Notes: generated from the letters alone by a model not told the origin. A stretch of 64,000 bases of DNA from Promethearchaeota archaeon (GCA_048937405.1 JBHLNF010000006.1:199819-263818); one strand, 5' to 3'; numbered from the stretch's first letter, positions 8,195-18,738 are shown. Made by a program: numbers and translations.

Positions 8195-9790
8195 ATGTTG
8201 AAGACGAAGATTCATCCTCGTGAAATTTACAAGAAAAGTAAGGAATTTGGAATTGAAAACTCAGCGAAGATGCTAACTGAGATAATAGACGAAGAGAAAG
8301 ATAACACAAAGAGGAAAGATGCAATTAAATATTTGGGGTTGATAACAATTAATTCAGAGATATTAAAAGATGAATGCTTTGAAATATTTGAAAATTTGAT
8401 AATTTCTGATGATACCATTGAAATTAAATGTGAAGCTGCTAAAGCTTTAGGTAGAATAAAGCATCAGAGAGCATTAAAACCCTTAAAATGGATATTAGAG
8501 AAAGAATCTGTAAATTACAAAGTGAAATTATCTGCTTTAAAGGCGATAAGAAAGACGAATTTCAATGATCCAGAAATAAAGTTATTTATTGATGAATTAG
8601 ATAGTAAATATAATTCCATTAAAGAATATGTTTCTATTGAATTATTAAGTTTAGAACCTAAAAAGCTAATAAGTCTTTTATTAGAAGCGTTAAAAGAAAA
8701 AAGATACTCAAAGTCTCATAAAGCGGAATTAATAAGACTTATTGGATATGAACTCTCAAGGCTCATTGTTTCTTTTGAAAACATTAATTCTATTAAATCA
8801 AAATATTCAGAAATTTTATCTAATTTAATTTATAATAAGAATGAGTTATTAAATACCGCAGCACATATATTGAAAGAGGAAGATTCAGCCTTAATGGATG
8901 CTATTATCACTATTTTTACTATATTAAAAAGTGAGACTGAAAATGACATTATAAAGCTATTATTAATTGATGATTTTATTGTTAGAAAAAATGCAAGTGT
9001 GTTATGCGGGAAATTAAAACTTAAAAATGCTGTAGATTTACTGATTTCTAATTTAGACAATATTTACAATGAGGTAAGTATAGCAGCCATTGAAGCTTTA
9101 GCGGAGATTGGAGACCTATCTGCTGTTCCTGAACTTTTAGACATTTTAGACATTGAGGATGTGAGTTTTGAATACACAGATTTAGACATGAAATTATATA
9201 TTGTAGATGCTATAAAAAGAATTTATCAGTATAATCCTAATGTTTCTTATGATTTTTTAAATAATTCTTTAGAGAGAGATAATAATGAAATTAAAGAAAG
9301 TGTAGCATTTATATTAGGCGAATTGGGTAAAGATGAGTTTGTAAAACCTTTAAGTAATTTACTCGATTTAAGAAATTTGGAAGTGAGAAAGAGTGCAATT
9401 ATTGCTTTGGGAAAAATTGGCAGTATTGAACCATTAGAAGATTTAATAAGGATCCTAAAGGATAGCACTACTTATTGGCTTATTAAGAAAGTCACGAGTG
9501 ATGCAATCTATAATATATTTCAAAATAATTGGTATAGAGTTAAAGATACCAAACAAGATATATCAAGAATATTAAATAAAAACCTGACAATTCTAGCGGA
9601 TTATTTAAAAAGTCAAGAATCTGAGAATTATAAGATAAAACTTAGTTTAATCAAATTATTAGAAAATTTCGGAGGACAAAACGTGCTAAATGCATTAATA
9701 AAAAGAGTAAATGATTTTCACAGAGTTGTGCGAATCTATGCTTCAAACGCCATTAAAAAAATTGAGGAAAGGCTAGAATTAGAAAATTAA
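8195..9790 (+). CDS. HEAT-repeat (PBS lyase-like) protein
   Basis: Repeated units such as EAAKALGRIK, AAIEALAEIGD, VAFILGELG and SAIIALGKIG. Confidence 0.85.
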   Translation: MLKTKIHPREIYKKSKEFGIENSAKMLTEIIDEEKDNTKRKDAIKYLGLITINSEILKDECFEIFENLIISDDTIEIKCEAAKALGRIKHQRALKPLKWILEKESVNYKVKLSALKAIRKTNFNDPEIKLFIDELDSKYNSIKEYVSIELLSLEPKKLISLLLEALKEKRYSKSHKAELIRLIGYELSRLIVSFENINSIKSKYSEILSNLIYNKNELLNTAAHILKEEDSALMDAIITIFTILKSETENDIIKLLLIDDFIVRKNASVLCGKLKLKNAVDLLISNLDNIYNEVSIAAIEALAEIGDLSAVPELLDILDIEDVSFEYTDLDMKLYIVDAIKRIYQYNPNVSYDFLNNSLERDNNEIKESVAFILGELGKDEFVKPLSNLLDLRNLEVRKSAIIALGKIGSIEPLEDLIRILKDSTTYWLIKKVTSDAIYNIFQNNWYRVKDTKQDISRILNKNLTILADYLKSQESENYKIKLSLIKLLENFGGQNVLNALIKRVNDFHRVVRIYASNAIKKIEERLELEN

Positions 9791-10006
9791 AACCATTTTT
9801 AAAGCCTTTTCTCCCTTTTTTTTACTTAAATTTCAAAAGGAGTTTGATTTTATTCTTCATTAATTAATCCTCTAAATAAATATAAAATTTCAGTATTTCA
9901 TAAATATAAAACGTTTAAATAGAATTATTGATAAATTAACTTAATTTATCAAAAAGGTATAAAAGAAAGTTAAATATTTAAAAAATAATCCTAAGGTGAT
10001 TAAACT

Positions 10007-10648
10007 ATAACAAAATTTAGTAAAAAAATATCTATTTTTTCTATAATTTTGATTTGCATAGTTTTATTTATTTATTTTTATCCATTAAATGCAGCAGGTG
10101 ATTATCTAGTGCAGGTTGGAGATGAATGGACGTATGGGATAAAAAGAAGTGGTATTTATAAAGGCTCTGAAGGAATAAACATAACTTCCATTTCCGATCC
10201 TTCAGATTACCCCCGTGGAACTTTCTATGAAAACGGTACAGCAGTATCTTTCAATCAAATAATAGATGAAGAGTATCTTTTAAATAAGACACTCTTAGAA
10301 GGGTTGGAAACAAATTTTACTACTAAAATGCGTAGTTATGCTGGTGTATCCTGCGAATGTATTTATATTCCCATAGAAGGAATAGGATATATGTATGTAG
10401 ATACTGCAACAGGTATAGTAGTGGAAACTTATGGTGTTTATCAACTTTTTTTCATTGAGGGAGAAATTAGAGTACATACTTGGGTTATCTCTTGGTCAGT
10501 TTCACAAATTCCAGAAAATCCTGAAGAACCTTCTACAGGTGGTGGTGGTAATGATATTCCCGGATATGATATTATACTCATTATCGGAATAATAACTTTT
10601 ATTTCAACTATATCGGTATTAGGATTTAAAAAAAGGATAAAAATTTAA
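10007..10648 (+). CDS. Secreted, C-terminally anchored protein with IPGY-TM-basic (Loki-CTERM/PGF-CTERM-like) sorting signal
   Basis: Signal-like N-terminus and C-terminal PEEPSTGGGGNDIPGYDIILIIGII...KKRIKI. The track starts at TTG 10049, but the frame is open back to ATA 10007 behind AAGGTGAT. Confidence 0.75.
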   Translation: MTKFSKKISIFSIILICIVLFIYFYPLNAAGDYLVQVGDEWTYGIKRSGIYKGSEGINITSISDPSDYPRGTFYENGTAVSFNQIIDEEYLLNKTLLEGLETNFTTKMRSYAGVSCECIYIPIEGIGYMYVDTATGIVVETYGVYQLFFIEGEIRVHTWVISWSVSQIPENPEEPSTGGGGNDIPGYDIILIIGIITFISTISVLGFKKRIKI

Positions 10649-10826
10649 AAAAATAATAACGTTCTAACAGTTCAAAATTAAATTAGAATTATTGGGAAAT
10701 TTTTTACTCCCTCCTTTCTTTTTGACTAAAAGTTCAAAAAAAATATAGAAATCACTAATTATAATAATGAAGATCCGTGATATATTCATTCCAACTATAT
10801 TTAATAACAAAAGCTTAATTAATTCT

Positions 10827-10901
10827 CATAGGATTATGCGAATATATGCCTCAAATGCTATTAAAAAAATTGAGGAGAGGCTTGAAACAGAAAAATATTA
10901 G
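10827..10901 (+). repeat. Diverged duplicate of the HEAT gene 3' end (9719-9790)
   Basis: Encodes HRIMRIYASNAIKKIEERLETEKY* versus HRVVRIYASNAIKKIEERLELEN*. Most differences are synonymous. Confidence 0.85.
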
Positions 10902-10954
10902 AGTTTTTTCATTTATGAAAAATTTAAAATATTAGAATATCATTACGTTCTAAT

Positions 10955-11596
10955 ATGGAAAATTTATCAGATATTGAATTAAGAGCCCATGAAAATTCAA
11001 TTATAGGGAAGAAAGAAATATCATTTGCGAATGAATTAAAAAAAATTGCTAAAGAAGAATTGAAGAAAGCAGAAAATAGAGAAGCCTTAATGCAAAGTCA
11101 ATTAATAATTGCTAAACTCAGAGAAGACTTAGCTGAGGAGAATAAAGAGTTAATTGACCATAAAGTAAAATCAAAACATCTAATAAAAGCATCAGAAATA
11201 GTTTTAAAGCATGACCAAGAATTTACACATTTCCATCAAAAAAAAGCAAAAGTTCAGAAAGAAATCGCAACAATTCATAAAGAGATCGCTCAATTAGAAA
11301 GAAAAATAGCTGAAAGACGGATAGAATTAGCAAAAGAGAAAATAGATATGGGAAAAAAAAGAATTCATCTTTCCAAAAAGCAATTGACGTTTGTTAAAGC
11401 TGTTAAAGCAGGAAAAGAAGAAGAGAAATTTAGTACCATCCAATATCAATATAAAACTGAGCAAAAAGAATTAAATGCAGCTCGAGATGATATTCTAAAT
11501 ATTGAAAAAGAGATCAGGAATAATGAAAATAAAATAGCAGGTTTAAAAGGAAAATTAGCACTTAAACTTGCTGAGACTGAAAAAATACTTTATTAA
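10955..11596 (+). CDS. Coiled-coil hypothetical protein
   Basis: K/E-rich heptad pattern throughout; 213 aa. Confidence 0.7.
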   Translation: MENLSDIELRAHENSIIGKKEISFANELKKIAKEELKKAENREALMQSQLIIAKLREDLAEENKELIDHKVKSKHLIKASEIVLKHDQEFTHFHQKKAKVQKEIATIHKEIAQLERKIAERRIELAKEKIDMGKKRIHLSKKQLTFVKAVKAGKEEEKFSTIQYQYKTEQKELNAARDDILNIEKEIRNNENKIAGLKGKLALKLAETEKILY

Positions 11597-11821
11597 TCAA
11601 AGTTTTTACATAAATTTTGTTTCCTTATTTGATCATAATTTCATCAAAAATTCGAAAATAAATTACTTTAAGTGAAAAGCATCGCTTTTTTTTTTCTTTT
11701 TTTTTCCAAAAATTGTCATTTTTTGTCTTAAAAATTTAATAATATTTTTTTTACAATACCTATTTTATTAAATTGAAGTATCAAATATTTAATAATCAAT
11801 TTAGAATTTGAAAATATAATT

Positions 11822-13312
11822 ATGACTGAAGATAAAACTGAACAAACTGAAACTCCTTATGAATATTCTTTTGAATATATTCAAAAGAAATTAGAGGGGA
11901 AGAAAGACAGTTTTGGGATGTTGATGAAAGAAATCGTACGAACTGGTATATGTACTCAGTGTGGTACATGCGCTGCAGTATGTCCAGTGCTAGAATGGGA
12001 TGATCTGGCTGGACAACCAAAATTAATTGGTAAATGTACTGGATGTGGAATCTGTTACAACCAGTGCCCACGAACAATCACTGATCCATACCAATTAATG
12101 GGCGATTTTAAAACAGGGTATGTTGCGAATACAAATATACCTGAGGTTATAGGAGGCCAAGATGGTGGAACAGTAACAAGTATCTTATGCTATTTATTCG
12201 ATGAACATTTAATCGATGCTGCTGTCGTTACAATGAAAGATCCTAAAAAACCATGGTATCCAGTGGCCCAAATCATTACAAGCAAAGATGATGCCATTAA
12301 GTCTTCAGGATCTATTTATAGTCACTCTCAGACTGTTGAGGCTCTCATGGATGCTGTTAGACAAGATTTTAGATCCATTGCATTTGTAGGTACGCCATGT
12401 AATATAGATGCCGTTGCCAAGATGTTCGACAGTCCAACAGGTATGTTGAAGTATTTTATGCGATGTCATGTACTTAAAATTGGCTTATTCTGTATGGATT
12501 CATTTGCTCCTGAAGCAATTTATCCATTTTTTGAAAAAGAAGGAATAAACTTATCAAAAGTTCAAAAAATGGATATAAATAAGGGAAAGTTCCACTTATA
12601 TTATGATCCACAAGGAGAACCGATAAAATCATACACTATTAGACAATTAGATAAATTTAAGTCCTCAAGCTGTAATTTTTGTACGGATCTTACTGCTGAA
12701 CATGCCGATATTTCAGTAGGCAGTGTAGGTTCTGGAACGAATAAAAATACCGTATTTGCTAGAACCGGAATAGGTACTGAAATAATAGAAGATGCTGCTG
12801 AAAAAGGTTATCTAAAAATTGAGCCTTTCAATGCTATTAACTTGAATGCTGTTCTTTTTTTAGCAAAACTGAAAAAAGTTTCTCAATACACGGTTCAAAA
12901 GAGGAAAGTGTTTATAGTTAGAGATTCTGAGGAAATTGAAGAACCTAGAATTGAAACCAAACCAGAAACAGAACAAGCAATCATTACTCCAACTCTAGGA
13001 GCAAGAAAATTCCTAAGTGTTACGAAAGATTTAAACGAAGATGCTAAAATAGTAAATATTTCATTAACAAATACTATTGGATATGTTTTAGAAGATATGA
13101 AAATCAGAATCGTAACAGTTGAAGAACTTTTTGAAAAAAGTCCATGGATTACAACAATAAGAGAACTATTTCCATTTGAAACAATTGAAATTGGATATCC
13201 ATTGGATATACCGGATGGAGAACCCGTAAAAGCTAATATTTTGATCGAAGCTTCAACTGAAGCATTTGGAAAAATCTTTTCTAGAACACTCAAAATAGCT
13301 CCAAAAGAATAA
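11822..13312 (+). CDS. FrhB-family protein with ferredoxin domain and extra C-terminal beta-sandwich domain
   Basis: CTQCGTCAAVCP, CTGCGICYNQCP, QDGGTVT, FVGTPC, GLFCMD and CNFCTDLTAEHADISVGSVGS motifs, plus a ~130-aa C-terminal extension. Confidence 0.85.
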   Translation: MTEDKTEQTETPYEYSFEYIQKKLEGKKDSFGMLMKEIVRTGICTQCGTCAAVCPVLEWDDLAGQPKLIGKCTGCGICYNQCPRTITDPYQLMGDFKTGYVANTNIPEVIGGQDGGTVTSILCYLFDEHLIDAAVVTMKDPKKPWYPVAQIITSKDDAIKSSGSIYSHSQTVEALMDAVRQDFRSIAFVGTPCNIDAVAKMFDSPTGMLKYFMRCHVLKIGLFCMDSFAPEAIYPFFEKEGINLSKVQKMDINKGKFHLYYDPQGEPIKSYTIRQLDKFKSSSCNFCTDLTAEHADISVGSVGSGTNKNTVFARTGIGTEIIEDAAEKGYLKIEPFNAINLNAVLFLAKLKKVSQYTVQKRKVFIVRDSEEIEEPRIETKPETEQAIITPTLGARKFLSVTKDLNEDAKIVNISLTNTIGYVLEDMKIRIVTVEELFEKSPWITTIRELFPFETIEIGYPLDIPDGEPVKANILIEASTEAFGKIFSRTLKIAPKE

Positions 13313-13390
13313 AAATCTAACTCAAATTTTATTAGAAAAGTTAAATGAATTAAATTATTATAAAAAGCATTAAAAAAAGGAAAATCAAAA

Positions 13391-14299
13391 ATGAAAATTA
13401 GTTTAGTTGGTCTAAGTGGATGTGGTAAAACAAGCGTATATTCTGTTGCTTTTGCTGCGAAACGACCCGAAGATACGAAAGGTTTAGCACCAACAATCCT
13501 TTATGAAACACGGAGACACCCTTTCTTGGGTTTACAGGTAGGTATCTTTGATTTCGGTGGCCAAGAAGAATTCAGGAAGGAATATATGGATAAACCTGAA
13601 GTTTTTCGAGGAACAGATATTCTTATTCCAATAGTTTCTCTACATGAACCTAATAATTTTGATGATGCGAAAGAATATTTTATAAATCTATTAGATCTAT
13701 ATAGAAAAAACAATGAGAAACCGAAAATCTTCTTGTTCCTTCATAAGTATGATACAGAGGATTACCAGAAAGAATTATTAGACACAAACGTAAAAAAAGC
13801 AAAAGAAATCTTTTTGGATTTATTTAAGGACTATGATTTCGATTATATGCTTACCAGTATTTATGAGGAAGACAAATTAGCAAAAGTTTTCAGAGATGTG
13901 TTGATCTCAGATTATGCTGAATTAAAAACACATGTAGAAAAAGCAGAAAAACAACTTGATGAAATTAAGGCAAAAGTAATTATCGCGGATATATCAGGTA
14001 ATGTTATAGTACATAATGTTCAAGGAGTTAGTAGTGGTTTAACATTACGTGGCGACTTACGAGATTTTATTAATGCGTGTAATACTGTAAGAGAAAACAT
14101 TTTTATGGCTGATTCAGCACGATTTTCAGGACGAGATGAAGATGGTAAGGAAATTGAATTACATATCTTTAAGTACATAATATCTGTACTCATAATGAAG
14201 CAAACTGAATTAAGCAGAGAATCTCAAGATAAATTGAACATGCTCCTTAATGATATGAAACTATTTGCTGATCTAATTATTTCAGCTCATACAGATTAA
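13391..14299 (+). CDS. Rag/Arf-like small GTPase with C-terminal roadblock/longin-like domain
   Basis: G1 GLSGCGKTS, G2 APT, G3 DFGGQ, G4 HKYD (HK-type as in Rag/Gtr) and TSIY, followed by a ~110-aa alpha/beta domain. Confidence 0.8.
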   Translation: MKISLVGLSGCGKTSVYSVAFAAKRPEDTKGLAPTILYETRRHPFLGLQVGIFDFGGQEEFRKEYMDKPEVFRGTDILIPIVSLHEPNNFDDAKEYFINLLDLYRKNNEKPKIFLFLHKYDTEDYQKELLDTNVKKAKEIFLDLFKDYDFDYMLTSIYEEDKLAKVFRDVLISDYAELKTHVEKAEKQLDEIKAKVIIADISGNVIVHNVQGVSSGLTLRGDLRDFINACNTVRENIFMADSARFSGRDEDGKEIELHIFKYIISVLIMKQTELSRESQDKLNMLLNDMKLFADLIISAHTD

Positions 14300-14522
14300 A
14301 ACATTAATTAATACTTTTTTTACTCTTTCTATTTATTTCAATGAAAATATCTCTCCATTCCCATTTTCATTTAGTATCCAGTGAAAGAATGAAGAATTCA
14401 ATAGAAATCTTATATTCCAAGCAGTAGTTTTAATTTTTTACAAAATTTTTATTAACTTTTGTTAATTTGGAAATTCATTAAAGTCTCAATTAAAAAAAAG
14501 AGAATAATCTGAGGTAAAAAAT

Positions 14523-15410
14523 ATGCCTAAGGCAAAAGTAAATAATATCGAACTTGAATACGATACTTTTGGAGATCCCTCATCAAGACCATTATTATTA
14601 ATTATGGGATTAGGAGCGCAAATGATAGGATGGGATGAGGAATTCTGTAAAAAACTATTAGAACAAGATTTTTTTGTAATCCGATTTGATAATCGAGATG
14701 TTGGATTATCCACTAAATTTGAAGAAGCAGGGGTACCTAATCTACAAAAACTTATCGTGCAAAGAGAAAAAGGAGAATCAATATCAGTACCATATAAAAT
14801 AGAAGATATGGCTGATGATGCTGTTGGGCTTTTAACAGCACTTAATATTGATAAAGCACATATATGTGGAGCATCTATGGGAGGAATGATTGCTCAAGTT
14901 ATTGCATATAAACACCCTTCTCGAGTTTTATCTCTTACTTCTATTATGAGTAGTACAGGTAATCCTGATTTACCCCCTCCAAAACCAGAGGCAATGCAAG
15001 TATTATTAACCCCTCCACCCCAAGGTCGTGAAGCAATTATTGAAGCAACGGTGAAAAATCGACGAATTATTCACGGCTCAGGACTACCTTTTGACGAAGA
15101 AAGGGCACGGAAATTAGCTATTGCTGCATATGATCGTTCATACTATCGAGAAGGATTTTCACGTCAACTAGCGGCTATATGGGGTAGTGGAAATCGAAAA
15201 GAAGCTTTGAAAACAATTTCATCCCCTACTCTTGTAATTCATGGAGATATTGATCCTTTAGTACCTGTAGAGGGGGGAAAAGATACAGCAGAAGCTATAC
15301 CAGAAGCAGAATTATTTCTTATTGAAGGAATGGGTCATAGTTTGCCTGTGCAAGTATGGCCAATGGTTATAAATGCAATTACGGAAAATGCCGTAAAAGC
15401 ATACAAATAA
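14523..15410 (+). CDS. Alpha/beta hydrolase
   Basis: LLIMGLG, FDNRDVGLS, nucleophile GASMGG, HGDIDPLV and GMGH motifs. Confidence 0.9.
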   Translation: MPKAKVNNIELEYDTFGDPSSRPLLLIMGLGAQMIGWDEEFCKKLLEQDFFVIRFDNRDVGLSTKFEEAGVPNLQKLIVQREKGESISVPYKIEDMADDAVGLLTALNIDKAHICGASMGGMIAQVIAYKHPSRVLSLTSIMSSTGNPDLPPPKPEAMQVLLTPPPQGREAIIEATVKNRRIIHGSGLPFDEERARKLAIAAYDRSYYREGFSRQLAAIWGSGNRKEALKTISSPTLVIHGDIDPLVPVEGGKDTAEAIPEAELFLIEGMGHSLPVQVWPMVINAITENAVKAYK

Positions 15411-15490
15411 ATTTTTTTTTTTTTAATTTTAAATTCATTATATAGAATTATTCAGATTTCTAAATAAAAAAGATTTTACATTAAAGAAAC

Positions 15491-16075
15491 ATGGTTAGAA
15501 CTGTAAAAAGGTGTGTATGGGCGAATCATGATCCACAGATGAGAGAATATCATGATAAAGAATGGGGTAATCCGATTCATGATGAGCAACTTCTTTTTGA
15601 GTTTTTAATTTTAGAAGGTACCCAAGCAGGTTTGAGTTGGAGTACAATTCTACAAAAACGAGAGAACTTCAGAAATGCTCTTGATAATTTTGATTATGAT
15701 AAAATTGCACAATATTCTGAAGGGAAAATTGAAAATTTAATGGATAACAAAGGAATAATAAGAAATCGACTGAAAATCGAAGCTATAATTGCCAATGCGA
15801 AGGCATTCCTAAGAGTTCAAAAAGAGTTTGGATCTTTTAATAAATATATCTGGAAATTTGTCAAATATAAACCAATAGATCACAAATTTAAAGAGCTCTC
15901 AGAGTTACCTTCTAAAACTGAAATCTCTGAAAAAATGAGTAAGGATTTGAAAAGAAGGGGATTTAAATTTGTAGGTCCCACAATCTGTTATGCTTTTATG
16001 CAAGCTGTTGGAATGGTCAATGATCATATAATTGAGTGCTTTAGATATGCTGAGATAAGTAAGAGGAAAGATTGA
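15491..16075 (+). CDS. tag: DNA-3-methyladenine glycosylase I
   Basis: RCVW, YHDKEWG, LEGTQAGLSW, IIRNRLKI and GFKFVGPTICYAFMQAVGMVNDHIIEC motifs. Confidence 0.95.
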   Translation: MVRTVKRCVWANHDPQMREYHDKEWGNPIHDEQLLFEFLILEGTQAGLSWSTILQKRENFRNALDNFDYDKIAQYSEGKIENLMDNKGIIRNRLKIEAIIANAKAFLRVQKEFGSFNKYIWKFVKYKPIDHKFKELSELPSKTEISEKMSKDLKRRGFKFVGPTICYAFMQAVGMVNDHIIECFRYAEISKRKD

Positions 16076-16171
16076 TTAAAAATTAAGCGTTTTAGCAGGA
16101 ATCTTTACTCCATTGAATTAGAAAAAGAGAATGGAGTTCTTCCTTAGCATTTTTTCAAATATGACTCAATC

Positions 16172-16546
16172 TTAATGACTAATTATTAATGCATTTTCAA
16201 TTATTTTAACCAATTTATTAAATTTGATTGGTTTTTCTAAAAAATCAATTGCTCCAATTTCTAGAGCTTTATTTCTAACACTATAATCAGCACTTATAAA
16301 AATTATTTTACAATGCGGATTTATAGCTAAAATCTCTTTTGTTGTTTCTAGTCCATTTTTCATGGGCATTCTATGATCCATTAGAATTATGTCTGGAGGA
16401 TTCTGAAAGCTATTATAAAGTTCTAATGCTTGTTCACCATTGTAAGCCTTTCCAATTATTTCATGCCCTTCCATTTTTAAGAAACTTACAAAAAGATTAA
16501 CAATATCTTTATCGTCCTCAACAATTAGGATCTTGGCGAAACTTAT
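16172..16546 (-). CDS. Stand-alone response-regulator receiver protein (start codon non-canonical or mutated)
   Basis: DIILMDHRMP, ISA and FLEKP motifs. The essential KILIVEDD strand lies upstream of ATG 16474, in frame back to TTC 16540 or ATA 16546. Confidence 0.8.
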   Translation of the reverse strand: MSFAKILIVEDDKDIVNLFVSFLKMEGHEIIGKAYNGEQALELYNSFQNPPDIILMDHRMPMKNGLETTKEILAINPHCKIIFISADYSVRNKALEIGAIDFLEKPIKFNKLVKIIENALIISH

Positions 16547-16575
16547 CCCTCAGTTCTGTAATTCTCGTTCAATTT

Positions 16576-17391
16576 TTAGAGATTTCTTATTTCATTAATT
16601 AATTTAGAAGCTTCTTTACATTTTCTTTCTATTAAATTCAAATTATCTTTATCAATATTCTCTTCCTTGATAATCCTTTTAAAAAGATCTGCGGAGCTGT
16701 AAATTACTTGCATAATATTTCCCAAGTTGTGAGAATATTTATCTTTCAATTGATTCTGTTGACTATTAGATATAGTATATTCTAAATGAATAAGAAGAAC
16801 GATTATAAGAAATTGATTAACAATAGCAATAATATAATTTAAAATAATAACCAAAATATCATTTGTATAATAAAGTCCATAAGCATAGCCTTGATTTGCT
16901 ATATAGATTGAAATTGGTAAAAAACCAAAAAGGATCACAAAACCAACAAAGTACCATCTAATACTACTCCTCATAATTTCCCTAACTATATTTAGTTTAA
17001 AGAGAGGAATTATAAAAAAAATTATAATTACTGAATTCAATACTATGACTGAAAATGATATTGAAATATTATAATCAAGAAAAATAAATAATAACATAAC
17101 AGTAAATATTATAGCTATACAACTTAAAATGATATATAAAGATTTTATTTCAAGGAAGTAGGAAAATATACCAATCATTATTAAGATACCGCATAGTGAG
17201 ACTAAAAGAGCGTTCAATACTAAAATAAGTTCCAGAAGAAAGGTATTTGACATAAAGTCTAATATTAGAGGTAAGACATTTCCACTAATTGCAAGCATCC
17301 ATCCAACTATTAAATATAAATATCTTTTTTTCCTTAAATCATAATAAAAATTAAGAGAGGTTCCCAATCCAATTGAACGTAGGAAGAGCAT
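16576..17391 (-). CDS. Multi-pass membrane sensor ending in a HisKA/DHp-like helix pair, with no ATPase domain
   Basis: About 6-7 hydrophobic segments, then KYSHNLGNIMQVIYSSADL...EASKLINEIRNL*. Confidence 0.7.
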   Translation of the reverse strand: MLFLRSIGLGTSLNFYYDLRKKRYLYLIVGWMLAISGNVLPLILDFMSNTFLLELILVLNALLVSLCGILIMIGIFSYFLEIKSLYIILSCIAIIFTVMLLFIFLDYNISISFSVIVLNSVIIIFFIIPLFKLNIVREIMRSSIRWYFVGFVILFGFLPISIYIANQGYAYGLYYTNDILVIILNYIIAIVNQFLIIVLLIHLEYTISNSQQNQLKDKYSHNLGNIMQVIYSSADLFKRIIKEENIDKDNLNLIERKCKEASKLINEIRNL

Positions 17392-17799
17392 AATTATTAG
17401 ACTAAAATAAACAACAGGATTCGCTCAAAATCACCCTAAAAAGTTACTATCTGTAATAAAAAATTATACTTACAAAAATGTTATTTTCTATGATAAAAAT
17501 TAAAAAGATTTTATATTTAATCTTAATTTTTATAAAAAAAATATCTAAAGTAGAATTATGGACACTAATCTATTGTAAGTTTAATCCCAAGTTTATTTAT
17601 TTCTTTTTTGATATCGTGTAATGTATATATGATAAGATATGAAAAATATCTTCGTTATTTTCTTCTTATGAAAAATAAATATTTTTATTATATGGAAATA
17701 TTTTGACAAGAGGTTATTAAAAATATTTGCTCCATAGTTACATCGTATATTATGAGTAAACTTACCTGTACATTGAATAAGGAGAATAATAAAAAAAAA

Positions 17800-18516
17800 T
17801 TACACTATAGATTTTAATTCATATAATGAGCCTTTATAGGTAGGTTCTGGTATTTCAGGACTTAATTCTTTATTTCTCTCATTTATTAGAAATGTTTGTA
17901 ATCCTAACCTTTTTGCAATCATGTCTTTATCATCATCTCCTACCATCAAGCATGCCTCCGCAGGGTATCCAATCTTGTCTATAATCTGCTCATAATAAAG
18001 CAAATGAGTCAGAGATTTTGTAGCATGACTATTTTCAGTTGTCGTTATTAAACGATAAGGAAAATCGGCAATCCCTGCCCATTCTAGACGTTGATCAATA
18101 GCAGTCGCTGGGAGTAAAGGTGTTGTTGCAATTACTACATCATACCCTCTATCGAAAACTGTTTGAACTATATCTCTAGCTTCTGGTTTTCTTTCTGTAT
18201 ATTCTCGTAGTTTTGAAAAGTCTTTTTCATAAAATTTATCAAGAAAGGGTTGAATTTCTTTTCGTGAATAACCGTCTAAAGGAAAACAAATTTTTGTATA
18301 AATATCATCATTAATATATTTACCATTATTTTCTTCAATAGCTTTTGACGCCATAAGTGTTTTGGAGATAAATTTCTCAGGTGGAATAATATGTGCTACA
18401 CTTTGAGCTAATAACCTTAAATATTGTGAAGTAAATTTATCAAAATCAATATCTAATAATGTTCCATCGAGATCAAATAATATAGCCTTGATTTTACCGT
18501 TAAGTTTATCTTTCAT
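17800..18516 (-). CDS. HAD-superfamily hydrolase
   Basis: FDLDGTLLD, IATT and MVGDDDKD motifs. Confidence 0.9.
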   Translation of the reverse strand: MKDKLNGKIKAILFDLDGTLLDIDFDKFTSQYLRLLAQSVAHIIPPEKFISKTLMASKAIEENNGKYINDDIYTKICFPLDGYSRKEIQPFLDKFYEKDFSKLREYTERKPEARDIVQTVFDRGYDVVIATTPLLPATAIDQRLEWAGIADFPYRLITTTENSHATKSLTHLLYYEQIIDKIGYPAEACLMVGDDDKDMIAKRLGLQTFLINERNKELSPEIPEPTYKGSLYELKSIV

Positions 18517-18738
18517 TGCTTAAGTTTATATTCGATTTGATCTTAAATGGGGATAATTAAAAGTGATTCAAATTATTTACTATTTAGATTTTTACTATTG
18601 ATAAAAATATTGACATTCTTGAACAAATAATATTCTAATAATAGGGAAAATAGTAATTTCCATACTTCTTATTTAATAATAAAAAGTTTTTATAAAATTC
18701 AATCTTTTTATAAAATTAATAGAATAAAAACATGATAT

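Noticed and set aside
17560-17800. Several short inverted repeats in AT-rich intergenic DNA (also the TCACAACA direct repeat near 7869)
   Set aside because: These are expected by chance at this AT content and form no recurring motif.
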